Origin: the human T2T-CHM13v2.0 reference genome, Homo sapiens
Length of the DNA: 64,000 nucleotides
Strand: one strand, 5' to 3'
Assembly (NCBI RefSeq): GCF_009914755.1
Contig: NC_060948.1
In this document: piece by piece, positions 14,167 to 28,411 of the stretch
Numbering within the stretch: position 1 is the stretch's first letter
Layout of the letters: every line of letters begins with the position of its first letter
The notes under the pieces: generated by a model
The model's database searches: none
The model's input: the letters and a program-made list of their open reading frames with translations, nothing else
What the model was told of the DNA's origin: nothing
Made by a program: the position numbers and the translations under genes

Positions 14167-17100
14167 TGGAAAGGAATGCAATGATTTGGCATGGAATGGA
14201 ATCGAATGGCATCGAATGGAATGGAATGGAATGCAATGGAATGGAATGTATTAGAATGTAATGAACTTTAATGGAATGTACTCGAATGGATTCGACTGGA
14301 ATGGAATGTTCTGGAAGTGAATGGACTCCAATGGAATGGATTCAAAAGGAATGGAATCGTACGGAATGGAATCCAATGGGATGGAATTAAATGGAAATGA
14401 ATCAAATTGAATAGCACGGAATTGAATTGAATGGAATGGAATGCAATGGAATCTAATGAAACGGAAAGGAAAGGAATGGAATGGAATGGAATGGGCTGGA
14501 ATGGAAAGGAATCGAAACGAATGGAATGGAATCGAACTGAAGAGACTGGAATGGAATGCACTGGAATGGAAGGGAGTGTAATGGAAGGTTCTCGAAAAAA
14601 ATGGAATCGAATGGAATGGAATTGAATGGAACGGAATAGAGTCGAATGGAATTGAATGGAATGGAATGGACTAGAGTGAAATGGAATCGAACCACAAGGA
14701 ATGGACAGGAATAGAATGGTCTCGAATTGAATGGAATCGTATGGAATGGCATCAAACGGAATGGAATGGACAGCCACGGAATGGAATGCACTCGAATGCA
14801 ATGGAGTCGAAACTAATGGACTGGAGTAGAATGGACTCGACTGGTACGGACTCCAATGGAATGGAATCGAATGGAAGGGAATCGAACGGAATGGACTCGA
14901 AGGGAAAAGACTGCAATGGAAAGGTCTCGAATGGAATGGAAATTAATGGAATGGAATGGAATCGACTGAAATGGAGTCAAAAGGAATGGAATCGAATGGC
15001 AAGAAATCGAATGTAATGGAATCGCAAGGAATTGATGTGAACGGAACGGAATGGAATGGAATCCAAAGGAATGGAATAGAATGGAATGGAATCGAATGGA
15101 AAGGACTCGAATGGAAATCACTCGAATAGAATGCAATTTAATAAAATAGGATCAAATGTAATGGAATGGAATGGAAAGGAATCGAAACGAAAGGAATGGA
15201 GACAGATGGAATGGAATGGAACAGAGAGCAATGGTATAGAATGGAATGGAATCATCTGGAATGGAATTGAATGGAATGGAATAATATGAAATGGAATGGA
15301 ATGGAATGGAATGGAATGGAATGCCCTTGAATTAAATGGACTAGAATGGAATGGACTCGAACAGAGTGGAATGGAAAGTGTTGAGATAGAATGGAATGGA
15401 CTCCTTTGGAATGGTGTAGTATGCAATGCAATCGACTGGCAGGGAATCAAAAGGAATGTAATGGAATGGATTGGACTGGAATGCAATGGACTCGAATAGA
15501 TTGGAAACGGAATGCAAAGGAATGGAATGGAATAGTATGGAATGGAATGGAAAGGAATGGAGTGGAATAGACTAGAGTGGAATGGAATGGACTGGAAAGC
15601 AATGGACTGGAATGGAACTTTCTTGAATGGACTGGAATCAAACGGAATGGAATGCAATGCAATCAAATGGCATGGAATAAAATAGAATGAAAGAGAATCA
15701 AATGGAATTGAATCGAATGGAATCTAATGGATTGGAAAGGAATAGAATGGAATGGAATGGAATTGACTCAAATGGAATGGACTAGAATGGAATGGATTCG
15801 AATGGAAGGCAAAGGAATGGAATCTATTGGAATGGACTGTAATGGAATGGAATGGAAGGGATTGGAATGGACTCGAATGGAATGGACTGCAATAGAAAGG
15901 ATTCGAATGGAATGAAAAAGAATTGAATGGAATAGAACAGAATGGAATCAAATCGAATGAAATGGAATGGAATAGAAAGGAATGGAATGAAATGGAATGG
16001 AAAGGATTCGAATGGAATGCAATCGAATGGAATGGAATCGAACGGAATGGAATAAAATGGAAGAAAACTGGCAAGAAATGGAATCGAAATGAATGGAGTG
16101 TTATGGAACGGACTCAAAAGGAATTGAATGTAATAGAATGGAGTGGAGTGGACTCGAATATAATGGACTGGAATGGAATGAAATCACATGGAATGGGAAC
16201 GAATGGAATGGAATGGAAAGGAATGGAATCGAATGGAAAGGAATCGAATGGAAGGGAATGCAATTGAATCAACAGGAATGGAAGGGAATAGAATAGACGG
16301 TAATGGAATGGACTTGAATAGAATGGACACGAATGCTCAAATTGAATGGACTCGAATGGAATGGAAACGAAAGGAATGTCATCGAATGGAATTGAATCGA
16401 TTGGAATGAAATCGCATAGAATGGAGTGGAATCAAATGGAATTGAATCGAAAGGAAAGGAAGCGAATGGACTGAAATGAAATGGAATGGAATTGAATGGA
16501 AAGTAATGCAATGGAATAGAATGGAACGAAATTTCACGGAATGGAATCAAACTGAATGGAATCAAATCAATGGAATCAAATCAAATGGAATGGAAAGGAA
16601 TTGAATGGAGTATATTGGATTGGATGGGATTGGAATGAAATGTACTGGAAAGGACTCGAATTTCATGAAACGGAATGGAATGAATTAGAACGGAATGGAC
16701 TCGAATGGAATGGAATGTCATGGAATGGCATCAAATGGAATGGCATCAAATGGAATGGAATAGAATGCAATGGAATGCTAAGGAATGGAATGGAATGCAT
16801 TGGAATGGAATGTCCTCTAATGGAATGGTTTCGAGTGGAATGGAATCGAATATAATGGAGTCGAATGAAATGGAATTGGAAGGAATGGGATCGAATACAA
16901 TGGAATATACTGGAATGTAATGTAATGAACTCGAATGTAATTGACTGGAATGGAATGTACATGAATGGAATGTAATCGAATGGAAAGTAATCCAATGGAA
17001 TAGAATCTAATGCAATAAAATCGACTCAGATAGAGTAGAATGTAATGGAATGGAGTGCAGTGCAATGGAATGGAATGGAATGGAATGCAATGGAATGGAA

Positions 17101-17730
17101 TGGAATGGAATGGAATGGAATGGAATGGGATGGAATGGTATGGAATGGACAGTAATGGACTGGAGTGAAATGGACTGGAAAGGAATGGACTCAAATTGAA
17201 AGGGCTCGAAAGGAATAGAGACAAATGGAATGGTCTGGAATGGAATGAACACGAATGTAATGCAATCCAATAGAATGGAATCGAATGGCATGGAATATAA
17301 AGAAATGTAATCGAAGAGAATGGAAACAAATGGAATGGAATTGAATGGAATGGAATTGAATGGAATGGGAACGAATGGAGTGAAATTGTATGCAGTAGAA
17401 GAGAATAGAATGGAATGCAAGCGAAAGGAAAGGAATGGATTAGAATGGAATGGAATTCATTGGAATGGAAGGGAATGTAGTGTAATGGACAGGCCTGGAA
17501 TAAAGTGGAATGCTACGGTCTCGAATGGAATAAAAATGTATGGAATGGAATGCAATGAAACGGAATCGAATGTCATAGAATGTAATGGAATGCAACAAAA
17601 TGGAATCCAAAATCATTGACTGGAAAGGCTGGGTGTCGAAAGGAATTGACTCCAATGGAATGGAATCGAATGGAATGGAAGTGAATAGAATCGAACTAAA
17701 TCGAATGGAATGGAATTGATAGGAACGGAA
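14167..17730 (+). repeat. DYZ1 monomer 5 (3564 bp)
   Basis: +5 near 15300 and -5 in tract cancel out. HaeIII site present (17492). Confidence 0.9.
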
Positions 17731-20700
17731 TGGAAAGGAATGCAATGATTTGGCATGGAATGGAATCGAATGGCATCGAATGGAATGGAATGGAATGCAA
17801 TGGAATGGAATGTATTAGAATGTAATGAACTTTAATGGAATGTACTCGAATGGATTCGACTGGAATGGAATGTTCTGGAAGTGAATGGACTCCAATGGAA
17901 TGGATTCAAAAGGAATGGAATCGTACGGAATGGAATCCAATGGGATGGAATTAAATGGAAATGAATCAAATTGAATAGCACGGAATTGAATTGAATGGAA
18001 TGGAATGCAATGGAATCTAATGAAACGGAAAGGAAAGGAATGGAATGGAATGGAATGGGCTGGAATGGAAAGGAATCGAAACGAATGGAATGGAATCGAA
18101 CTGAAGAGACTGGAATGGAATGCACTGGAATGGAAGGGAGTGTAATGGAAGGTTCTCGAAAAAAATGGAATCGAATGGAATGGAATTGAATGGAACGGAA
18201 TAGAGTCGAATGGAATTCAATGGAATGGAATGGACTAGAGTGAAATGGAATCGAACCACAAGGAATGGACAGGAATAGAATGGTCTCGAATTGAATGGGA
18301 TCGTATGGAATGGCATCAAACGGAATGGAATGGACAGCCACGGAATGGAATGCACTCGAATGCAATGGAGTCGAAACTAATGGACTGGAATAGAATGGAC
18401 TCGACTGGTACGGACTCCAATGGAATGGAATCGAATGGAAGGGAATCGAACGGAATGGACTCGAAGGGAAAAGACTGCAATGGAAAGGTCTCGAATGGAA
18501 TGGAAATTAATGGAATGGAATGGAATCGAATGAAATGGAGTCAAAAGGAATGGAATCGAATGGCAAGAAATCGAATGTAATGGAATCGCAAGGAATTGAT
18601 GTGAACGGAACGGAATGGAATGGAATCCAAAGGAATGGAATAGAATGGAATGGAATCGAATGGAAAGGACTCGAATGGAAATCACTGGAATAGAATGCAA
18701 TTTAATAAAATAGGATCAAATGTAATGGAATGGAATGGAAAGGAATCGAAATGAAAGGAATGGAGACAGATGGAATGGAATGGAACAGAGAGCAATGGTA
18801 TAGAATGGAATGGAATCATCTGGAATGGAATTGAATGGAGTGGAATAATATGAAATGGAATGGAATGGAATGGAATGGAATGCCCTTGAATTAAATGGAC
18901 TGGACTCGAACAGAGTGGAATGGAAAGTGTTGAGATAGAATGGAATGGACTCCTTTGGAATGGTGTAGTATGCAATGCAATCGACTGGCATGGATTCAAA
19001 AGGAATGTAATGGAATGGATTGGACTGGAATGCAATGGACTCGAATAGATTGCAAACGGAATGCAAAGGAATGGAATGGAATAGTATGGAATGGAATGGA
19101 AAGGAATGGAGTGGAATAGACTAGAGTGGAATGGAATGGACTGGAAAGCAATGGACTGGAATGGAACTTTCTTGAATGGACTGGAATCAAACGGAATGGA
19201 ATGCAATGCAATCAAATGGCATGGAATAAAATAGAATGAAAGAGAATCAAATGGAATTGAATCGAATGGAATCGAATGGATTGGAAAGGAATAGAATGGA
19301 ATGGAATGGAATTGACTCAAATGGAATGGACTAGAATGGAATGGATTCGAATGGAAGGCAAAGGAATGGAATCTATTGGAATGGACTGTAATGGAATGGA
19401 ATGGAAGGGATTGGAATGGACTCGAATGGAATGGACTGCAATAGAAAGGATTCGAATGGAATGAAAAAGAATTGAATGGAATAGAACAGAATGGAATCAA
19501 ATCGAATGAAATGGAATGGAATAGAAAGGAATGGAATGAAATGGAATGGAAAGGATTCGAATGGAATGCAATCGAATGGAATGGAATCGAACGGAATGGA
19601 ATAAAATGGAAGAAAACTGGCAAGAAATGGAATCGAAATGAATGGAGTGTTATGGAACGGACTCAAAAGGAATTGAATGTAATAGAATGGAGTGGAGTGG
19701 ACTCGAATATAATGGACTGGAATGGAATGAAATCACATGGAATGGGAACGAATGGAATGGAATGGAAAGGAATGGAATCGAATGGAAAGGAATCGAATGG
19801 AAGGGAATGAAATTGAATCAACAGGAATGGAAGGGAATAGAATAGACGGTAATGGAATGGACTCGAATAGAATGGACACGAATGCTCAAATTGAATGGAC
19901 TCGAATGGAATGGAAACGAAAGGAATGTCATCGAATGGAATTGAATCGATTGGAATGAAATCGCATAGAATGGAGTGGAATCAAATGGAATTGAATCGAA
20001 AGGAAAGGAAGCGAATGGACTGAAATGAAATGGAATGGAATTGAATGGAAAGTAATGCAATGGAATAGAATGGAACGAAATTTCACGGAATGGAATCAAA
20101 CTGAATGGAATCAAATCAATGGAATCAAATCAAATGGAATGGAAAGGAATTGAATGGAGTAGATTGGATTGGATGGGATTGGAATGAAATGTACTGGAAA
20201 GGACTCGAATTTCATGAAACGGAATGGAATGAATTGGAACGGAATGGACTCGAATGGAATGGAATGTCATGGAATGGCATCAAATGGAATGGCATCAAAT
20301 GGAATGGAATCGAATGCAATGGAATGCTATGGAATGGAATGGAATGCATTGGAATGGAATGTCCTCTAATGGAATGGATTCGAGTGGAATGGAATCGAAT
20401 ATAATGGAGTCGAATGAAATGGAATTGAAAGGAATGGGATCGAATAGAATGGAATATACTGGAATGTAATGTAATGAACTCGAATGTAATTGACTGGAAT
20501 GGAATGTACATGAATGGAATGTAATCGAATGGAAAGTAATCCAATGGAATAGAATCTAATGCAATAAAATCGACTCAGATAGAGTAGAATGTAATGGAAT
20601 GGAGTGCAGTGCAATGGAATGGAATGGAATGGAATGCAATGGAATGGAATGGAATGGAATGGAATGGAATGGAATGGGATGGAATGGGATGGAATGGTAT

Positions 20701-21289
20701 GGAATGGATAGTAATGGACTGGAGTGAAATGGACTGGAAAGGAATGGACTCAAATTGAAAGGGCTCGAAAGGAATGGAGTCAAATGGAATGGTCTGGAAT
20801 GGAATGAACACGAAAGTAATGCAATCGAATAGAATGGAATCGAATGGCATGGAATATAAAGAAATGGAATCGAAGAGAATGGAAACAAATGGAATGGAAT
20901 TGAATGGAATGGAATTGAATGGAATGGGAACGAATGGAGTGAAATTGTATGCAGTAGAAGGGAATAGAATGGAATGCAAGCGAAAGGAAAGGAATGGATT
21001 GGAATGGAATGGAATTCATTGGAATGGAAGGGAATGTAGTGTAATGGACAGGCCTGGAATAAAGTGGAATGCTACGGTCTCGAATGGAATAAAAATGTAT
21101 GGAATGGAATGCAATGAAACGGAATCGAATGTCATAGAATGTAATGGAATGCAAAAAAATGGAATCCAAAATCATTGACTGGAAAGGCTGGGTGTCGAAA
21201 GGAATTGACTCCAATGGAATGGAATCGAATGGAGTGGAAGTGAATAGAATCGAACTAAATCGAATGGAATGGAATTGATAGGAACGGAA
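17731..21289 (+). repeat. DYZ1 monomer 6 (3559 bp)
   Basis: -10 near 18900, +5 in tract. Extra GAATTC at 18213. HaeIII site present (21051). Confidence 0.9.
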
Positions 21290-24200
21290 TGGAAAGGAAT
21301 GCAATGATTTGGCACGGAATGGAATCGAATGGCATCGAATGGAATGGAATGGAATGCAATGGAATGGAATGTATTAGAATGTAATGAACTTTAATGGAAT
21401 GTACTCGAATGGATTCAACTGGAATGGAATGTTCTGGAAGTGAATGGGCTCCAATGGAATGGATTCAAAAGGAATGGAATCGTACGGAATGGAATCTAAT
21501 GGAATGGAATTAAATGGAAATGAATCAAATTGAATAGCACGGAATTGAATTGAATGGAATTGAATGCAATAGAATCTAATGAAACGGAAAGGAATGGAAT
21601 GGAATGGAATGGAATGGAATGGGCTGGAATGGAAAGGAATCGAAACGAATGGAATGGAATCGAACTGAAGAGACTGGAATGGAATGCACTGGAATGGAAG
21701 GGAGTGTAATGGAAGGTTCTCGAAAGAAATGGAATCGAATGGAATGGAATTGAATGGAACAGAATAGAGTCGAATGGAATTGAATGGAATGGAATGGACT
21801 AGAGTGAAATGGAATCGAACCACAAGGAATGGACAGGAATAGAATGGTCTCGAATTGAATGGAATCATATGGAATGGCATCAAACGGAATGGAATGGACA
21901 GCCACGTAATGGAATGCACTCGAATGCAATGGAGTCGAAACTAATGGACTGGAATAGAATGGACTCGACTGGTACGGACTCCAATGGAATGGAATCGAAT
22001 GGAAGGGAATCGAACGGAATGGACTCGAAGGGAAAAGACTGCAATGGAAAGGTCTCGAATGGAATGGAAATTAATGGAATGGAATTGAATCGAATGAAAT
22101 GGAGTCAAAAGGAATGGAATCGAATGGCAAGAAATCGAATGTAATGGAATCGCAAGGAATTGATGTGAACGGAACGGAATGGAATGGAATCCAAAGGAAT
22201 GGAATAGAATGGAATGGAATCGAATGGAAAGGACTCCAATGGAAATCACTCGAATAGAATGCAATTTAATAAAATAGGATCAAATGTAATGGAATGGAAT
22301 GGAAAGGAATCGAAACGAAAGGAATGGAGACAGATGGAATGGAATGGAACAGAGAGCAATGGTATAGAATGGAATGGAATCATCTGGAATGGAATTGAAT
22401 GGAATGGAATAATATGAAATGGAATGGAATGGAATGGAATGGAATGCCCTTGAATTAAATGGACTGGAATGGAATGGACTCGAACAGAGTGGAATGGAAA
22501 GTGTTGAGATAGAATGGAATGGACTCCTTTGGAATGGTGTAGTATGCAATGCAATCGACTGGCAGGGAATCAAAAGGAATGTAATGGAATGGATTGGACT
22601 GGAATGCAATGGACTCGAATAGATTGGAAACGGAATGCAAAGGAATGGAATGGAATAGTATGGAATGGAATGGAAAGGAATGGAGTGGAATAGACTAGAG
22701 TGGAATGGAATGGACTGGAAAGCAATGGACTGGAATGGAACTTTCTTGAATGGACTGGAATCAAACGGAATGGAATGCAATGCAATCAAATGGCATGGAA
22801 TAAAATAGAATGAAAGAGAATCAAATGGAATTGAATCGAATGGAATCGAATGGATTGGAAAGGAATAGAATGGAATGGAATGGAATGGACTAGAATGGAA
22901 TGGATTCGAATGGAAGGCAAAGGAATGGAATCTATTGGAATGGACTGTAATGGAATGGAATGGAAGGGATTGGAATGGACTCGAATGGAATGGACTGCAA
23001 TAGAAAGGATTCGAATGGAATGAAAAAGAATTGAATGGAATAGAACAGAATGGAATCAAATCGAATGAAATCGAATGGAATAGAAAGGAATGGAATGAAA
23101 TGGAATGGAAAGGATTCGAATGGAATGCAATCGAATGGAATGGAATCGAACGGAATGGAATAAAATGGAAGAAAACTGGCAAGAAATGGAATCGAAATGA
23201 ATGGAGTGTTATGGAACGGACTCAAAAGGAATTGAATGTAATAGAATGGAGTGGAGTGGACTCGAATATAATGGACTGGAATGGAATGAAATCACATGGA
23301 ATGGGAACGAATGGAATGGAATGGAAAGGAATGGAATCGAATGGAAAGGAATCGAATGGAAGGGAATGAAATTGAATCAACAGGAATGGAAGGGAATAGA
23401 ATAGACGGTAATGGAATGGACTCGAATAGAATGGACACGAATGCTCAAATTGAATGGACTCGAATGGAATGGAAACGAAAGGAATGTCATCGAATGGAAT
23501 TGAATCGATTGGAATGAAATCGCATAGAATGGAGTGGAATCAAATGGAATTGAATCGAAAGGAAAGGAAGCGAATGGACTGAAATGAAATGGAATGGAAT
23601 TGAATGGAAAGTAATGCAATGGAATAGAATGGAACGAAATTTCACGGAATGGAATCAAACTGAATGGAATCAAATCAATGGAATCAAATCAAATGGAATG
23701 GAAAGGAATTGAATGGAGTAGATTGGATTGGATGGGATTGGAATGAAATGTACTGGAAAGGACTCGAATTTCATGAAACGGAATGGAATGAATTGGAACG
23801 GAATGGACTCGAATGGAATGGAATGTCATGGAATGGCATCAAATGGAATGGCATCAAATGGAATGGAATCGAATGCAATGGAATGCTATGGAATGGAATG
23901 GAATGCATTGGAATGGAATGTCCTCTAATGGAATGGATTCGAGTGGAATGGAATCGAATATAATGGAGTCGAATGAAATGGAATTGAAAGGAATGGGATC
24001 GAATACAATGGAATATACTGGAATGTAATGTAATGAACTCGAATGTAATTGACTGGAATGGAATGTACATGAATGGAATGTAATCGAATGGAAAGTAATC
24101 CAATGGAATAGAATCTAATGCAATAAAATCGACTCAGATAGAGTAGAATGTAATGAAATGGAGTGCAGTGCAATGGAATGGAATGGAATGGAATGCAATG

Positions 24201-24843
24201 GAATGGAATGGAATGGAATGGAATGGAATGGGATGGAATGGGATGGAATGGTATGGAATGGATAGTAATGGACTGGAGTGAAATGGACTGGAAAGGAATG
24301 GACTCAAATTGAAAGGGCTCGAAAGGAATGGAGTCAAATGGAATGGTCTGGAATGGAATGAACACGAAAGTAATGCAATCGAATAGAATGGAATCGAATG
24401 GCATGGAATATAAAGAAATGGAATCGAAGAGAATGGAAACAAATGGAATGGAATTGAATGGAATGGAATTGAATGGAATGGGAACGAATGGAGTGAAATT
24501 GTATGCAGTAGAAGGGAATAGAATGGAATGCAAGCGAAAGGAAAGGAATGGATTGGAATGGAATGGAATTCATTGGAATGGAAGGGAATGTAGTGTAATG
24601 GACAGGCCTGGAATAAAGTGGAATGCTACGGTCTCGAATGGAATAAAAATGTATGGAATGGAATGCAATGAAACGGAATCGAATGTCATAGAATGTAATG
24701 GAATGCAAAAAAATGGAATCCAAAATCATTGACTGGAAAGGCTGGGTGTCGAAAGGAATTGACTCCAATGGAATGGAATCGAATGGAGTGGAAGTGAATA
24801 GAATCGAACTAAATCGAATGGAATGGAATTGATAGGAACGGAA
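21290..24843 (+). repeat. DYZ1 monomer 7 (3554 bp)
   Basis: +5 near 21595, -15 near 22885. HaeIII site present (24605). Confidence 0.9.
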
Positions 24844-27800
24844 TGGAAAGGAATGCAATGATTTGGCACGGAATGGAATCGAATGGCATCGAATGGAATG
24901 GAATGGAATGCAATGGAATGGAATGTATTAGAATGTAATGAACTTTAATGGAATGTACTCGAATGGATTCAACTGGAATGGAATGTTCTGGAAGTGAATG
25001 GGCTCCAATGGAATGGATTCAAAAGGAATGGAATCGTACGGAATGGAATCTAATGGAATGGAATTAAATGGAAATGAATCAAATTGAATAGCACGGAATT
25101 GAATTGAATGGAATTGAATGCAATAGAATCTAATGAAACGGAAAGGAATGGAATGGAATGGAATGGAATGGAATGGGCTGGAATGGAAAGGAATCGAAAC
25201 GAATGGAATGGAATCGAACTGAAGAGACTGGAATGGAATGCACTGGAATGGAAGGGAGTGTAATGGAAGGTTCTCGAAAGAAATGGAATCGAATGGAATG
25301 GAATTGAATGGAACAGAATAGAGTCGAATGGAATTGAATGGAATGGAATGGACTAGAGTGAAATGGAATCGAACCACAAGGAATGGACAGGAATAGAATG
25401 GTCTCGAATTGAATGGAATCGTATGGAATGGCATCAAACGGAATCGAATGGACAGCCACGGAATGGAATGCACTCGAATGCAATGGAGTCGAAACTAATG
25501 GACTGGAATAGAATGGACTCGACTGGTACGGACTCCAATGGAATGGAATCGAATGGAACGGAATCGAACGGAATGGAATCGAAGGGAAAAGACTGCAATG
25601 GAAAGGTCTCGAATGGAATGGAAATTAATGGAATGGAATGGAATCGAATGAAATGGAGTCAAAAGGAATGGAATCGAATGGCAAGAAATCGAATGTAATG
25701 GAATCGCAAGGAATTGATGTGAACGGAACGGAATGGAATGGAATCCAAAGGAATGGAATAGAATGGAATGGAATCGAATGGAAAGGACTCGAATGGAAAT
25801 CACTCGAATAGAATGCAATTTAATAAAATAGGACCAAATGTAATGGAATGGAATGGAAAGGAATCGAAACGAAAGGAATGGAGACAGATGGAATGGAATG
25901 GAACAGAGAGCAATGGTATAGAATGGAATGGAATCATCTGGAATGGAATTGAATGGAATGGAATAATATGAAATGGAATGGAATGGAATGGAATGGAATG
26001 CCCTTGAATTAAATGGACTGGAATGGAATGGACTCGAACAGAGTGGAATGGAAAGTGTTGAGATAGAATGGAATGGACTCGTTTGGAATGGTCTAGTATG
26101 CAATGCAATCGACTGGCAGGGTATCAAAAGGAATGTAATGGAATGGATTGGACTGGAATGCAATGGACTCGAATAGATTGCAAACGGAATGCAAAGGAAT
26201 GGAATGGAATAGTATGGAATGGAATGGAAAGGAATGGAGTGGAATAGACTAGAGTGGAATGGAATGGACTGGAAAGAAATGGACTGGAATGGAACTTTCT
26301 TGGATGGACTGGAATCAAACGGAATGGAATGCAATGCAATCAAATGGCATGGAATAAAATAGAATGAAAGAGAATCAAATGGAATTGAATCGAATGGAAT
26401 CGAATGGATTGGAAAGGAATAGAACGGAATGGAATGGAATTGACTCAAATGGAATGGACCAGAATGGAATGGATTCGAATGGAAGGCAAAGGAATGGAAT
26501 CTATTGGAATGGACTGTAATGGAATGGAATGGAAGGGATTGGAATGGACTCGAATGGAATGGACTGCAATAGAAAGGATTCGAATGGAATGAAAAAGAAT
26601 TGAATGGAATAGAACAGAATGGAATCAAATCGAATGAAATGGAATGGAATAGAAAGGAATGGAATGAAATGGAATGGAAAGGATTCGAATGGAATGCAAT
26701 CGAATGGAATGGAATCGAACGGAATGGAATAAAATGGAAGAAAACTGGCAAGAAATGGAATCGAAATGAATGGAGTGTTATAGAACGGACTCAAAAGGAA
26801 TTGAATGTAATAGAATGGAGTGGAGTGGACTCGAATATAATGGACTGGAATGGAATGAAATCACATGGAATGGGAACGAATGGAATGGAATGGAAAGGAA
26901 TGGAATTGAATGGAAAGGAATCGAATGGAAGGGAATGAAATTGAATCAACAGGAATGGAAGGGAATAGAATAGACGGTAATGGAATGGACTCGAATTGAA
27001 TGGACACGAATGCTCAAATTGAATGGACTCGAATGGAATGGAAACGAAAGGAATGTCATCGAATGGAATTGAATCGATTGGAATGAAATCGCATAGAATG
27101 GAGTGGAATCAAATGGAATTGAATCGAAAGGAAAGGAAGCGAATGGACTGAAATGAAATGGAATGGAATTGAATGGAAAGTAATGCAATGGAATAGAATG
27201 GAACGAAATTTCACGGAATGGAATCAAACTGAATGGAATCAAATCAATGGAATCTAATCAAATGGAATGGAAAGGAATTGAATGGAGTAGATTGGATTGG
27301 ATGGGATTGGAATGAAATGTACTGGAAAGGACTCGAATTTCATGAAACGGAATGGAATGAATTGGAACGGAATGGACTCGAATGGAATGGAATGTCATGG
27401 AATGGCATCAAATGGAATGGCATCAAATGGAATGGAATCGAATGCAATATAATGCTATGGAATGAAATGGAATGCATTGGAATGGAATGTCCTCTAATGG
27501 AATGGATTCGAGTGGAATGGAATCGAATATAATGGAGTCGAATGAAATGGAATTGAAAGGAATGGGATCGAATACAATGGAATATACTGGAATGTAATGT
27601 AATGAACTCGAATGTAATTGACTGGAATGGAATGTACATGAATGGAATGTAATCGAATGGAAAGTAATCCAATGGAATAGAATCTAATGCAATAAAATCG
27701 AGTCAAATAGAGTAGAATGTAATGGAATGGAGTGCAGTGCAATGGAATGGAATGGAATGGAATGCAATGGAATGGAATGGAATGGAATGGAATGGAATTT

Positions 27801-28411
27801 AATGGAATGGGATGGAATGGTATGGAATGGATAGTAATGGACTGGAGTGAAATGGACTGGAAAGGAATGGACTCAAATTGAAAGGGCTCGAAAGGAATGG
27901 AGTCAAATGGAATGGTCTGGAATGGAATGAACACGAATGTAATGCAATCCAATAGAATGGTATCGAATGGCATGGAATATAAAGAAATGGAATCGAAGAG
28001 AATGGAAACAAATGGAATGGAATTGAATGGAATGGAATTGAATGGAATGGGAACGAATGGAGTGAAATTGTATGCAGTAGAAGGTAATAGAATGGAATGC
28101 AAGCGAAAGGAAAGGAATGGATTGGAATGGAATGGAATTCATTGGAATGGAAGGGAATGTAGTGTAATGGACAGGTCTGGAATAAAGTGGAATGCTACGG
28201 TCTCAATGGAATAAAAATGTATGGAATGGAATGCAATGAAACGGAATCGAATGTCATAGAATGTAATGGAATGCAAAAAAATGGAATCCAAAATCATTGA
28301 CTGGAAAGGCTGGGTGTCGAAAGGAATTGACTCCAATGGAATGGAATCGAATGGAATGGAAGTGAATAGAATCGAACTAAATCGAATGGAATGGAATTGA
28401 TAGGAACGGAA
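24844..28411 (+). repeat. DYZ1 monomer 8 (3568 bp), A-type body and tail with a monomer-7-like head
   Basis: +5 near 25150, -1 near 28204. A-type markers TTCTTGGATGG, GGACCAGAA, GTTATAGAA. HaeIII site lost. Confidence 0.88.

Noticed and set aside
18213-18218. Extra EcoRI site in monomer 6
   Set aside because: A single private G>C substitution; useful as a marker only.
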